Source: the human T2T-CHM13v2.0 reference genome, Homo sapiens. From it: 64,000 nt of DNA. Below the pieces are notes generated by a model that was not told the DNA's origin, searched no databases, and saw only the letters and a list, made by a program, of their open reading frames with translations. A program made the position numbers and the translations under genes. How positions within the stretch are numbered: position 1 is the stretch's first letter; every line of letters begins with the position of its first letter. The stretch is taken from the NCBI RefSeq assembly GCF_009914755.1, contig NC_060932.1; one strand, 5' to 3'. Shown in pieces: positions 1 to 13,099 of this stretch.

Positions 1-1416
1 CCTCAGGTAACTAAAACCTTAGCAAGTGAAACTGTGGATAAGGGCAGGCAAGGGGCTGAAGGCTACCAGTTGTATTTACTGAAATGTAGTCTTTTACACC
101 TTATTCTTGCTAATATTTCTTCACAGCAAACACCCTGAAAGATATACAAAACCAAGAAAATACTTCTAAAATAAACATTTTTAAATATTATAAAAACGTT
201 AACTCTGGAACTTCTCTGGCACAAAATACCATATAATTTCACATTTGAAAAGTATATATTCATTAATTTTAGATATCTATAATAACCCACTTTCTCATTA
301 ATCTTAATCTTAATTCATCCACCATTCTAATTATTAGGTGTATTTTCCTCTACCAATTTTAACATGCATTCAATTGTGTCTGCCAAATTATTAATTAACT
401 TAGAATGTTAAATTCACCCTTCCAAAAATTAATGGAAGCTAAGAAGTCTAGTACTATGAGATGATGTGATAGCCACCAGGCAAAAGGTATATTTTCTTTT
501 TATAATTATACTCAGAGACATATAATAAATCAAAGAGAAGAGCTAATAAATGAGAACATTTGAAGAAGATAGATAGGGAAAGAAATGGCCATGGTAACTC
601 CTGTAGTTGGAAAACCTATGTCGGTATTTTTAAGCCTTTCGATGGCAATTCAAGATTTCAAATGTTGAGGAAAATCTCATATTTTTATAAACATTTCTGT
701 CTCAGAAAAAAGTGTGGATATCTCAGTAAGGTCAAAACAGTAGAACCACTCTGAAACTATTATTTTACTTTGTTATTGCTTTAGAAAATAACTTTCCTAA
801 TTGATACATTGTAACTCTTTTCTTCTCTCATGGTTATGTGTTGGTATGCAGAATGCATCCTACTGATTGTAGTGAAGAAAATACTTCTGTTTCTCACATT
901 GATAAAATGCTAGACTATGGTTACATAAATGAGCTTGCATGCAGCCAGCAATCCTCCCTGGAGCTCTGTATTTAGGTCTGTGGCCCAGATTTTCTTAAAC
1001 TTTTAGGCTGCTATATATTTAGAGTAGAATACAAATGAGTTTCAGAGGAACATAAATTATCTAAAATTGTTCCATACTGCAAAACGTTCAAATGTTTGTC
1101 TATAAAGATTTTCTTTGATCACTTGTATGCCATTTTCAATCAACACGCATTCTGTTTATGTATAAAAGCTATATTGTTACCAAGCTCAGTTTCTAGATTG
1201 AGTCCATGTATACCTTGCCAATAATGATTTTACTGTATTTGTATGGTTTTTAAAAATGTCTTTAGAAATGTGCAGAGGGTAGTGGTTGACTATTTAGTTC
1301 AGGGTTCTTGTTCTGAAAAATCTTTGCTTTTTGAATTCTATGTTGTTTTGAACTAGTTAAGTGAATGTGCACAAGAGCCTAATGTATTTTTCCTGTTCTA
1401 ATTGTAATACATGTCC

Positions 1417-1610
1417 AGCGAGTTGGCTCATTTGGCTAAAGGGAGTTGATAATGAGATAAGGGTTGAAGGTTCAAACTCCCTGTTGACCAATTAAATTCA
1501 TAAGAGTTTTCCATACTCCTGTCCCTAAGACTACCACATCACAAATACAAAATGTTGCACGAGAGACATTTATGAGTTTAAGGATGGTTCAACAGAAACC
1601 CAAAACCAAC
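1417..1610 (+). mobile_element. Ancient tRNA-derived SINE (MamSINE1-like) with tRNA-Ile-like head
   Basis: 1417-1490 resembles tRNA-Ile(AAT): A-box-like TGGCTCATTTGG, B-box-like GGTTCAAACTCC, ending ...TTGACCA. It is heavily diverged. Confidence 0.6.
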
Positions 1611-1694
1611 CATACATTTAAAAATAGACCATATTTAGAACTCTCAAACAGAAGGGTATTAATATCTTCATTCAAAAGTTATATTTATGGCATT

Positions 1695-1721
1695 TGTGTG
1701 TACGTGTGTGTGTGTGTGTGT
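1695..1721. repeat. (TG)n microsatellite
   Basis: Interrupted TG run seen directly. Confidence 0.95.
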
Positions 1722-2375
1722 ATCCTAAAAATTATCTTGCCCCCTTGAAAGGAACAAATTTTAAATAAAAACATCAGGAAGAGATGGGTTGTAGATTTTT
1801 AAATTTATAGATTTTGCATTGTTTAAAACCTATATTTTTTCACTATTAAGAAAATGTGTTTTAAGTGTTGATGGTAAAAGAACAATAAAACAGGTAGATA
1901 AGTCAAGGTCAAATGCACAAGCCCCAAATGTGCTTGCTTGACAGTGCTGCTTGTTCCTGCCTCTGGTTTCCATTCCCTCTGGGCAAAGCCCATGTCACTC
2001 ATTTGCAGGATTGCTATGTCCTTCCTTCTAGCTGGCCACCCACTTCTAGCCTCCTTTCTTTTGAGTACATCCTACACACCATTAGGGATTGACCATTCGA
2101 CACATTATTTCTAACCATGTTATTTCTGTGTTTAAAACAAGCAAAAGTGGGGGTGAAAGCGGGTGCTTTGATGGTCAAAGGGGGAATTAAGTTCATTTTT
2201 AGAGCAAAATGTAGCATTACCTCTCAAGGCTGCTTGCTCTCTATGCCTCACTGTTTGCCCAAGGTTTTGTTATATTTCTCTGGCCTTGGCTTCTCTGATC
2301 TCTCATCAGCTGGTAACCAGGTGTTGTTGACACCAGCCGTATCCAGACACGTCCTATGCCATTTTGGTGTCCATC

Positions 2376-2766
2376 TGTACTGCGTTGAACAATGTCTTCC
2401 AAAAATCTCTGTCTACCCAGAACATCAGAATGTAAGGATATTTGGGTAAAGGGTCTTTGTAGACATAGTTAAGATGAGATTATATGGATTAGGGTGGCTC
2501 CTATGGACCTGTGGAGACAGACATACAGAGGAAGGGTGCCATATGACGACAGAGGCAGAAACAGGAGTGATGCTGCTGCCAGCCAGGGGCTGCTGACCAC
2601 AGGAAGCTAGAAAAGGCAAGGGGGCATTCTTCGTTAGGAGAGCATAGGCCTGCTGATGCCTTGATTCTAGACTTTTAGCCTTCCTTACTGTGGAAGAATA
2701 ACTTTCTGTCATTTTAATCTACTCAGTTTGTGGAACTTTGTACCAACACCCAAGGACACTAATGCT
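2376..2766 (+). mobile_element. MaLR solo LTR, MLT1B/C-like
   Basis: TG start; typical segments TATTTGGGTAAAGGGTCTTTGTAGA, AAGATGAGATTATATGGATTAGGGTGG, CTTGATTCTAGACTT and the GGAACTTTGT...CACTAAT end. Confidence 0.85.
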
Positions 2767-3601
2767 TCATCCAACACAATTCATTGTAAATAGCACCTGT
2801 TCAGACTATATAAGAAGTACATTGATTTTTGTTCACCTTCTCTACTCTCTCAATTCATCCCATCCCTTAAATGATTAATCATTTTTAATCTTTTCATTTT
2901 GGACTAACTCACAGAAAGCTGCAGAAATAGTACAGAATATCCAGCATACCCTTCACCCAATTTTTCCCAGTGGTTACATTTTAGAGTACAAAAAGTAGGA
3001 AACTGACATTGTTACATTGTGTGTGTGTAGTTCTATGTCACATTACCACATGTTCTTGAAACCACCACTGGCATCAATATATGGGACTATTCCATTACTA
3101 ACAAAGAGTGTATATACACAGTCACACCCACCCACATACCCTAGCAACCACTAATGTGTTCTCCATCTCTATAATTCTGTCATTCCAAGAATGTTGTATG
3201 AATGGAATCATACAGAATGTGACTTTTGAGGTTGACTTTCCATATTCAGCTTAATGACCTTGAGATGGTAAAAACTATTGTGCATATCAATATTCAGTTT
3301 GTTTTTATTTTTGAGTAATATTTCATGGTATGGATGGTTAAACAGTCTGTTTAACCACTGTTTTTTTCCCAAATATATTAGTTTACAGGTTTTGGTTATT
3401 GAAAATAAAGCTATTATGAATAATTGTGTATAGATATTTGTGTGGACATGTTTCCATTTCCATGAAATAAATGGCCAGCTGTGCCATTGCTAGGTGATAT
3501 GGCCGTTGCAGGTGTATCTTTAAAAAAAAACTGCCAATGTATTTTCAGACTGAATGCACCGTTTTACTCCTCTACCAACAACGTTTAAGAGATACAGTTT
3601 T

Positions 3602-3749
3602 GGGAGGGGGGAGGGATAGCATTGGGAGATATACCTAATGCTAGATGACGAGTTAGTGGGTGCAGCGCACCAGCATGGCACATGTATACATATGTAATTA
3701 ACCTGCATATTGTGCACATGTACCCTAAAACTTAAAGTATAAAAAAAAA
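3602..3749 (+). mobile_element. Severely 5'-truncated young L1 (L1PA2-like 3' end)
   Basis: GCATTGGGAGATATACCTAATGCTAGATGACGAGTTAGTGGGTGCAGCGCACC...CTTAAAGTAT plus A tail; 15-bp TSD AAGAGATA(C/T)AGTTTT at 3587-3601 and 3748-3762. Confidence 0.95.
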
Positions 3750-4179
3750 GAGATATAGTTTTTCTAACTTATTGCCAGAATTTAACATTTTCAATATATT
3801 TTTAATTGTTTAGCTCTTCCAATACATTGCGTCATAAGATTCCATTATTGTCTTAATTTGTATTTCCCTAATGGCTAGAGATGTCAAGCAACATTTTTGT
3901 GTGCTTATTTTCCATCTGTATATTCTCTTCATAAAATGTCAGATCATGTCTTTTGTCCATTTTCAAATTGGATATTTTGGTTTTTAATGTTGAGTTTTAA
4001 TAATTCTTTATGTGTTGTAGGTACAAACACTGTGGCAGATATAAGATTTGAATTTTTTTCCAAATCTTTTGTTTGTATTTTCATCTTATTAACAAGATTT
4101 ATTGAAAAAAAAAGATGGAGTCCATTTTTCAATGTTTTTCTTGTGTTGTGCATGTGGTTTCATATCTAAGAAGTCTTTT

Positions 4180-5405
4180 TACATTTGTTTTATATTTTTA
4201 ATTATTATAGGCTCATAATAGGTGTATAAATTTACAGGGTTACATGTGATGTTTTGATACAGGCATACAATGTGTAATAATCTCAATGGGTAATAATCAC
4301 AGTGGAGTATCCATCACTTCAAACATTTATCATTTCTTTGTGTTAGAATCATTTCAATTCCATCCTCTTTGTTATTTTAAAATATGCAACTAATTATTAT
4401 CAACTAAAGTCACTCTGCTGTGCTATTAGATACTAGATCTTACTCATTCTATCTAACTGTATTTTTGCATACATTAACCATCCCCACATTATCCTCCACC
4501 TCCCCACTTCTCTTCCTGCCCTCTGGTAACCATCATTCTATTCTTTATGTTCATGAGTTCAACTGTTTTAATTTTCAGCTCCCACATATGAGTGAGAACA
4601 TGTGAAACTTGTCTTTCTGTGCCTTGCTCATTTCACCTAACATAACATCTAGTTCCCTACATGTTGCAAATGACATGATTCCATTCTTTTATTATGGCTG
4701 AATATGACTCCATTGTGTATATGTACCACATTTCCTTTATTCATTAGTCTGTTGATGGAAACTTAGGTTGATTCCAGATCTTGACTATTGTCAATAGTGC
4801 TGCAATAAACACAGGAGCGTAGATATCTCTATGATATGCTGATTTTTTTCTTTTGTGTATATACCCAGCAGTGGGATTGCTGGCTCATATGGTAGTTCTA
4901 TGTTCCATTTTCTGAGGAATCTCCAAACTATTCTCCATAGTGGCTGTACTAATCTACATTCCCATCAACAGTGTATGAGGGTTCCCCATTCTTGACATCC
5001 TCACCAGCATTTTTTATTGCTTACCGTTTAGATAAAAGCCATTTTTACTGGTGTGAGATGATATCTCACTGTAGTTTTCTTTTGCATTTCTCTAATAACC
5101 AATGATGTTGAACAATTTTTCATATATCTGCTGGCCAGTTGTATGTCTTCTTTTGAGAAATGTCTATTCACATCTTTTGCCCAATTTTTAACTGGATTAT
5201 TTGATTTTTTTGTCTGATAGAGTTTTTTGAGCTCCGTATATATTCTACTAGTCTCTTGTTAGATGCATAGTTTGCAAATATTTTGTCCCATTCTGTAGGT
5301 TGTCTCTTCACTTTATTGTTTCCTTTGTTGGCAGAAGCTTTTTAGCTTTATGTGATCCTATTTGTCCATTTTTGCCTTGGTCGCTGTGCTTTTGAGGTAT
5401 TACTC
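4180..5405 (-). mobile_element. L1MA-type element (3'UTR plus ORF2 end) nested in the older L1
   Basis: Antisense L1MA 3'UTR (TACATGTGATGTTTTGATACAGGCATACAATGTGTAATAATC, CAGCTCCCACATATGAGTGAGAACATG); flanked by TCTAAGAA(G/C)TCT repeats. Confidence 0.85.
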
Positions 5406-8122
5406 TCTAAGAACTCTATACCTAGCTATAGGTCCCAAAGATTTCCTGTGTTTTATTCCAAAATAATGTATAGTTGAAAATTTTACATTTTAATTTATAA
5501 TCCATTTTGAGTGGTTTTTTAATATATGGTATAAGGTTTAATTATAAATTTATATTTTTGTCTATGGATAGCCAATTGTTCTAACACCATTTATGGAACA
5601 GACTATCATTTCTCCACTTATTATTGTTTTTCCTCTCTTGCTAGGCATTAGATGTCAGTACTTATGTGTGTCTATTTCAAGATTCCCCATTTTGTTTCAT
5701 TGATCTATTGTCAATGCCTCCACCAACACCACAAAATCCTGATTAGTGCATAATATTTTTTTAATTGAATGAAATGTTTTCTTCCACCTTATTCTTCTTT
5801 TCAAAATTGCTTTAGCTATTCTTAAATCATTGCCTGTCCATATATATTTTAGAATAATTCTGATTATATCTACTAAAAATGTGGTAGGATTTTGGTAAGA
5901 ATTATGTTAAACCTGTATACACATTTGTAGAGAATTGACATATTTACTATGTTGAGTATTCTAATCCATGGATGTGGCATTTTTTAATTTAGTTCTTATT
6001 TGATTTTGGTGTCAGCAGTCCTTTATGATTTCAACATGAAACTCTTATAGAATTTTATTAGATGTATACTTAAATATTATTTTACTCATTGTAATATTAT
6101 ACTTTAAATTTCTACTTCCATGTGCTTCTTACTAATACATATAAATACAATTGAGTTTTTTTCTTACAGATTTTTTAATTATACAGTTGAGTTTTGTGTG
6201 TTGATCTTGTTGGATTCTGTGATCATTTTAGGTCCTTAAGCATACAATTCTCAGGGTTATTTCTATAGATCACCATGTCATCTACAAATAAGTTCTATTT
6301 TATTTTTTCTTTCCAGATTTGTATGTCTTTTATTTCCATTACTTGCCTTACTGGACTGTCTATAACTTGCAGTATTATGTTGAAAAGTAGTTGTAAGAGT
6401 GGATATCCTTGCCTTGGTCTAAAGCTTAAGGGGAAAACATTTAGTCTTTTACCATATGAACTGTATGTTTTCGTAGATACTCTTTATCACATTGAGAAAG
6501 TTTTCTCTCAATTCCTAGTTTACCAAAGTTTTTATTATGAATGGTGCTGAATTTTGGCAAATACTTTTTTCCACATAAATGTATATGATTATTTGATATT
6601 CCTTCTTTAGGTTGTGAAGTTGTATATCATATAGATTTGTTTTCAAATGTTAAACTAGACTTGCGACACTAGAATAAACTACCCTTGGATGTAGTGTATA
6701 ATTCCCTTTATGTATTGGTAAATCCTTTACATTAATATTTTGTTAACAATTTTTTATCTATATTTATGAATAATATTGTCCGAAGTTTGTATGTACTTTC
6801 TTCGGTTTTGGTACAAGAGTAATACTGGCTGTATACAATGAATAGGGAAGTGTTGCTGCCTCCATTTTCTAGAAAAGAATGTGTAGAATTTACGTCTTAT
6901 ACAATTCCCCAATAAACCACTGAGCTTATAGATTTCATTTTTGAGAAGGTTTTAATTATAAATTTAATTTCCTTAACAGTTGTGAGGTTAAAGTTATCTT
7001 TTTCATTTCAGTTGAATTTTGTTAGTGTACTTTTCCAAGAATGTATCCATTTTGTCTAGTTTATAAAATTTGTGTGTAGAGTTGTTTATAGTAATTCTTT
7101 TTATCCTTTTGATGGCTATGGTGACTGTAGTGATGTTCCTTCCTTCATTTCTATTTTTTAGTAAATTGTATCTTCTCAATTCGTTTTTTCTTTTTCAGTC
7201 TTGCTACAGATGTGTCCATTCTATTGATATTTCTGGAAGAATCAACTTTTGTTTTATTGCTTTTTTCTTTTCTTTCTATTCTTCAATTCATTATTTTATG
7301 CTTATTATTGTTTATTTCTTTTTTCTTTACTTGGGAGTTAATTTTGCTCTTTTATTCTAATTTTTTGAGATGGCAGATTAGATTTTTAGTTTGAAATTTT
7401 TCTTTTTCTTTTAATATAAACATTTAGAGTGCTATAGTTTAGAAAACAACACTCATGGTCTAAAGTTTTCTGTCTTGCTAGGCTGCTTTTTTTGTGGTTC
7501 TTTGGCTAGAAAGTGCAGATTTCTCTAGGGACCATTGTTGCTTTTGTTTTTGTTTGTCTGCACCCGTAGGCATTTCCAAGTCACTGACTTCTCCAGTAAC
7601 CAATGTTCCAGTCGTGCCCAGGCCCATAGCTGCTCTGCTGTCTTCTTTCCAGTTTGCTGTGTCTTCTTAGTTTGTTTCGTAGATACAATGTCGACACTTT
7701 TCAGTTGTACTTTGAAGACAATAGAGAAGTAACTCTCCTTCACTTCCAGGAAGCAGAAGTCAAAATTTGGCTAATCTTTTAACACTATACATATATTTTT
7801 TTTCATGTTGCTCACCTGCTAAAAGTCCCAGGAACCATCAAATTAGCCAATTAGCTAAAGGATATAATCAAATTTTTTATCCTGGTTTCTAAACTCACAA
7901 TAATCTGGTCCCATCCCCAATAATCATGCATCAGATTTGTCCATTCTTCTTTAGATAACTACTCAAAATTTCCTACATAGACATTTTATTGGACCTCATT
8001 TTCCTCTTTCAGTTTTTTTTTTAAATCTTGGGTTTGTTTTAGAAAACAAAATAAGACGTTATAGATAATACTGCTTTGAAAACTGCCTTGCACAGTGCTA
8101 AGGAACTATGCAATAAAAAGTG

Positions 8123-8426
8123 TTTTTTTTTTTTTGAGACGGAGTTTCGCTCTTGTTGCCCGGGTTGGAGTGCAATGGTGCAATGGCACTATGTCGGCTC
8201 ACCACAACCTCTGCCTCCTGAGTTCAAGCGATTCTCCTGCCTCAGCCTCCTGAGTAGCTGGGATTACAGGCATGCGCCACCACACCTGGCTAAATTTTGT
8301 ACTTTTACTAGAGACGGGGTTTCTCCATGTTGGTCAGGCTGGTCTCGAACTCGCAACCTCAGGTGATCTGCCTGCCTTGGCCTCCGAAAGTTCTGGGATT
8401 ACAGGGGTGAGCCACTGCGCCCAGCC
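8123..8426 (-). mobile_element. AluS (Sp/Sq-like)
   Basis: Poly-T then GAGACGGAGTTTCGCTCTTGTTGCC; full antisense dimer. Confidence 0.95.
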
Positions 8427-8472
8427 AATTTATTATTCTTAATAATAATAATTGATATATACCTAATGTCTT

Positions 8473-8856
8473 TGTATTAGTTTGCTAGGGCTGCCATAAC
8501 AAACACCACGGACTGAGCAGATTAAACAATGGAAATTTATTTTCTCTCACTTCTGGAGGCTACAAATCCAAGACTAAGGTAGCAGGATGGATTTCCTCTG
8601 AAGCCTTTCTTCTTGGATTGTAGATGGCTGCTTTCTCCCTGTATTCTCATGTGATTTTTTTTCTCTGTGAATGTAGCTCCCTGGTATCTCTGTGTGTCCT
8701 AGTGTCATCTTATTATTGTAAGAACGCCAGTCAGATTGAATTAGGACCACAACAACGACCTCATTTTAACTCCATCACCTTTTTAATGGCCCCATCTTCA
8801 ATACAGCCACATTCTGAGGTATTGGGGGTTAGGGATTTAACATATAAATTGCAGGG
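8473..8856 (-). mobile_element. MaLR solo LTR, MLT1A/B-like
   Basis: TGTATTAGTTTGCTAGGGCTGCCATAACAAA...TTCTGGAGGCTACAAATCCAAGA...CACATTCTGAGGTATTGGGGGTTAGG. Confidence 0.85.
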
Positions 8857-9620
8857 TAAGACTTATTTCATAAATGTTCCTATTATTTGGAATAAGAAGG
8901 TGTTCTGTAATCTCTTGAACTGATTTGTTAAAAGTCACAGATGGGAAAAGATAAGCAGTAAGAGAAGAGATTGTACTTTTAGCAGTCACTCTTCTGATTG
9001 TGATACAAAGATTATTTAATTAATTGCTTTTTTGATGGCAGAAGGTCACAACTCAATGAAAAAGAAGGTAGCAGAAATGAAATATTTTCTTCTAACTGTT
9101 AAGTAGCTAACATAAAAGTCTGGAACAATCAGGCACATTTCTCTCAGGATCTGGACTTTGGAAAAAATGAGGGTGCTCTTCCTTCTCAATCCAAATAAAT
9201 TCAGCAATTGGATCATCAAATTTTTTGCCAGAATGGTTACAAAGCATTAGAAGAAAGCTTTAAAACATGCAAGAAGGATAATACAAATCACACTCCTATA
9301 TTCATTTTATTGAAAGAAATAAGAGATGATGCAACATTGGTGAAACTTTTCTTAGACTTGTTAACTGGTGTAGTTAGAAAACAAGCAAGGTTGTCTGAGC
9401 TCCTAGAAATGCTAATTGTTTTCACTGTTTAAGAAGTTTATATACAAGGCTAATGCCAGCATTTAAAAATCAAAGCTAATTCCTTTGTTTGAAATTCCTA
9501 CAGCAGTGAGAGCAGAGGTTGCTCACCAGGGTGGGATTGGGGTGGGGGAGTCTCAGCTTTCACTTGGTGTGAGCCCCTGCCCCAAACCTGGGATTTCATG
9601 TCAACCTGGAGAGTCTAGTG

Positions 9621-9842
9621 CAAGGGTGTCCAATATTTTGGCTTCCCTGGGCCACACTGGAGAAAGAATTGTCTTGGGCCACACATAAAATACACTAACA
9701 CTAATGACAGCTGATGAGCTAAAGAAAAAAATCACAAAATTATCTCATAATTTTTAAATAAAGTTTACAAATTTGTGTTGGGCTACATTGAAAGCTGTCC
9801 TGGGCCACATGCAGCCTGTGGGCCACAGGTTTGAGAAGCTTC
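9621..9842. mobile_element. MER30 (hAT-Charlie non-autonomous DNA transposon)
   Basis: CAAGGGTGTCCAATATTTTGGCTTCCCTGGGCCACAC... body; perfect 8-bp TSD GTCTAGTG at 9613-9620 and 9843-9850. Confidence 0.92.
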
Positions 9843-11329
9843 GTCTAGTGTTTTAGCAATTCACCTCATTTTCTGAAAGCAGTATTTGTTAGTCCTGGAT
9901 TGTCATGATGCAGATTGAGACCAATTACCCACCAGTGCCTAGCACTCCTCAACCCAATTTCCAGCAGCGGGATGAACAGAGGTTCCTTGCACAGAACAAT
10001 CTGCACTCCAAGTTGTCTTTCTGGCTGGGTGATGCCCCACATAGTTCCCACTAGATGTCACTTTGTTCTTTCCTACTTAGCTAATGTGGGATTTCCTTCT
10101 GGTTGGTTCTTTTCTTAGCATGCAGTGCACCAAACTTCTTCCTGAAATCACCCTCATTGGAAGCCTCACTCACTCTTCTAAGGAGGCTGAGCTTTTTGCA
10201 GTGTTTCCTCCTGGGTGTCTCTCTTAGAGTTGATGGTATTTCTTGAATAAAAGAATCCAAGTGCCCCCACTCCATGTCTGCACTTATCTGCGAACAATCT
10301 TTTACTCACACATCTCACCTCTGTGGGGGCTCCCTCTGTTCTTTTCCAACTTCTCATGCCATGTCCTCTCCAAGTCAAAGCTACTTACCTCTCCCCTCAT
10401 CTGGCTTGTGAACACTCCCTGTGTTTCAGGAAGTAAGGTTTGAGCCCACATATCCTTATTTTCTGGGTGTACATTTTTTCCCAGAGATGGCACATGAGCA
10501 AAAATGTGAAGATTTTAGAAACATAGAAGTCAAATATTTTGTGCGTTGTTAAACTTCTCACCTTAGTGTGAAAATGAGGACTGTGCCTTCAGGAAATGTT
10601 TCAGTGTGTCCTCTGTGGTCAGTTCAATCCAACTTTCAATCCCATTTATCAGTTGAGATTCCAAATTCAGGCAAAGAAAAGACTCCCCAAAACTCCCAGC
10701 ATCACAGTTCTTCGCTGAGGACTAACACAGACCATCACGAAGGACCCAGACAAGACTGTTTAAGGAACAGAGAGACTTGAAGAGAGCATCTGGGACTGGA
10801 CCGGAACACACAAATCCGACAGCATGGAGGGCCAGATGGTGTTCCTCTGAACAAGATCTGGGTTAAGCTCTCGGACAGATGTCCAAGCACAGACTGCACC
10901 TGCCATCACCAGACTGAAGGACAGCTTGGTGAAGGCCAGGTTTGGGTTCATTTCTCAGATCATGTGAGAAAAAAAGCAAGGGAAAATATAGGCCATAAGG
11001 AATCAATCCTGCAAAATTAAAAAAAAATTGGTCTCTTTATGCATCACTTTCTCTTCACAACTCCATTTGGGATGGTTTAGGATGGTCGAAATTGGTGTAA
11101 AATGTGCAACTATAAGAATATAAATTAATTAGACTTGTTTCATGTGAATGCACAAGAATATGCATTGAATGTGTTTCATTTCACAGATAGGCTTTGACAT
11201 ACATTATCTCTCTTAAACACACACAAAAAAAGCTACAAAACAGTTCAACACCATTTTATTGATAAGAAAATGACAACTATGACGTCTCTATGCAGCTCCT
11301 GCATAGTCTTTCTGTTCTTTAATGTACTG

Positions 11330-11680
11330 TGCCCAGTGTCAACCACAATTCTGGGTATGCTCTCTTTTCTCTGCTTAAAACATATTATCTTTCCCACCCA
11401 ACTTTCACTCAGTTCCTGCTTGGTTATTCACTAAGCTTCAGCATAGATAGCCTTCTTCCAGGAAGCCACCACAGTCTGGAATAAGTTATCCTCAGAAATA
11501 GTTTTTCTATCATCATGCTTACTGCACTCTATCATCCCAGCTGTTTTCTTGTTCATCTCCTCACTAGACGAGATCTCCTGATGGACAGGCAGAAAGTCTC
11601 ATTGTTAAGGCATTCCCAGCTCTTAGAACGGTGTCTAGTCCATGTAAACAGACAATAATACGTGTCAAATGAATGGGTGG
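11330..11680 (+). mobile_element. L2 3' fragment
   Basis: CTTCTTCCAGGAAGCC, CACTAGAC..., CCCAGCTCTTAGAACGGTGTCTAG and an AATGAATG end. Confidence 0.6.
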
Positions 11681-12279
11681 CATAGCTGAAGATTTATTAT
11701 GTATAAATGTGTATTTATTTCTTATGCATAAACAGGCTAAAAACCAAACTCCTCTTCTTCGGCTGAAGTAAGCATTCTCTGTAAGTTTAGAACTATGATT
11801 TCATTTTCTAAGAAATATTATACCATCTTTTATTTTCCCTTAAATTGTATTCTAACAGTAGGCATTGTTCACTAGCTGACACTCTTTTGGGATTACACAC
11901 TTAAGAAATATACAAGACCTTATGTAAGAATTAAAAAGTTAAGGTTATATAATCTGCAATCTCTGGAAGTGAATGTCTCTGTAAATTTCAATAATATGAG
12001 TTCATCATATTTAATGCTTCTTCATTTACACCATAGATACATAACTTTCCAAGCTCTTGCTTTTCAGCACTGGGTGGTCCTTCCTCCCTTCCTAATTAAG
12101 TTTGTGTGACAACTGGCTTGCACAGTCAGTGAATTTATTCTCTAAGTTTAGAAAATCATAAACATTGTATGTATTTTCACAATTTAATTAGTTGGCAGTT
12201 TTGTTAAAGTGCAGATCATTAAAAAATATTATTTTAATGTAGGTTATCTTAAAGGTTTTTTGCTGAGTCTATAGTAAAC

Positions 12280-12430
12280 CAGTGCTTCTCAACCTTTATC
12301 AGGAATGATCTGAAGATTTTCTTAAAATGGTGATTCAGGTCCAGCAGGTCTAACGTGGGGCCTGAGATTCTGCATTCTAACCAGCTCTGTGAGATGGCCA
12401 ATGATGCCAGCCTGTGAACCAGGACCTCAA
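12280..12430. mobile_element. MER5A-like hAT element
   Basis: CAGTGCTTCTCAACC...GGGGCCTGAGATTCTGCATTCTAACCAGCTC. Confidence 0.75.
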
Positions 12431-12634
12431 AATAAGAGTTGTCATCTGGTTCACTCGTGCTCCCTAATGCTGAAAATGAAATTTATAGTAAGGTTGCTAA
12501 TAAAATGCAATAGATAATAGATAAATAGTTAGAAGGTAAATGCTTCAGATTATTTTGTTAATGTGAATTTAAAATTATCCTGCTTCTCCTAATATATGTT
12601 GTGTATTTTAAAAGAAGCAATGATGTAACATAAG

Positions 12635-12790
12635 TTTTAAAGCCAGATTTGACTTCTGGATTGTCCCTTTAGTAGCCAGTTGTCCTTGGACAAATTCATT
12701 AATTATCTTGTCAAGTTACAAACATTGGGCTAGTTATCAAATCTCAGGTCTCTTGGTTTGAATAAAATGGGTAAATTTATATAATAGCAA
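12635..12790 (+). mobile_element. MIR fragment
   Basis: TGTCCTTGGACAAATTCATTAA and TAAAATGGG core-like motifs. Confidence 0.5.
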
Positions 12791-13099
12791 TAAGCCAGGG
12801 ATATGGTAAATACGTAATAAATCATAATTAAAGTAATAATAACAATCTCCCTTTAGAAACTGATGAGAGAGTGTGGAAGAATTACTCAATGTTAGCCATG
12901 AAAGGGACTTTGTGGGTGCTCTAACCCAAACCTTCCTCTGACACTGAAATCCCTTCTGGCATGCCATCTTGCCTGAAAAGCTGAGCCTCCTTGCCCTCGC
13001 TTTTAATTAAATCATCAGAAACTCCTTCCACACTCCAACTACGATACGCTTTCCTAAGACTTCCACCTCAGCCTTGTTCTTTCTTATGAATTCATACAG

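Larger units (their letters stand above)
2885..7450 (-). mobile_element. Old L1 (L1MC-like 3' end plus degenerate ORF2), host of two younger L1 inserts
   Basis: 3'UTR-like start (ACAGAAAGCTGCAGAAATAGTACAGA...CCCTTCACCCA) followed by T-rich antisense ORF2-like sequence. Confidence 0.8.

Noticed and set aside
1-12. Splice donor-like CAG/GTAACT at the window start
   Set aside because: No upstream context, and the motif is common by chance.
1417-1490. Functional tRNA-Ile gene
   Set aside because: Stems are too degraded; better explained as a SINE head.
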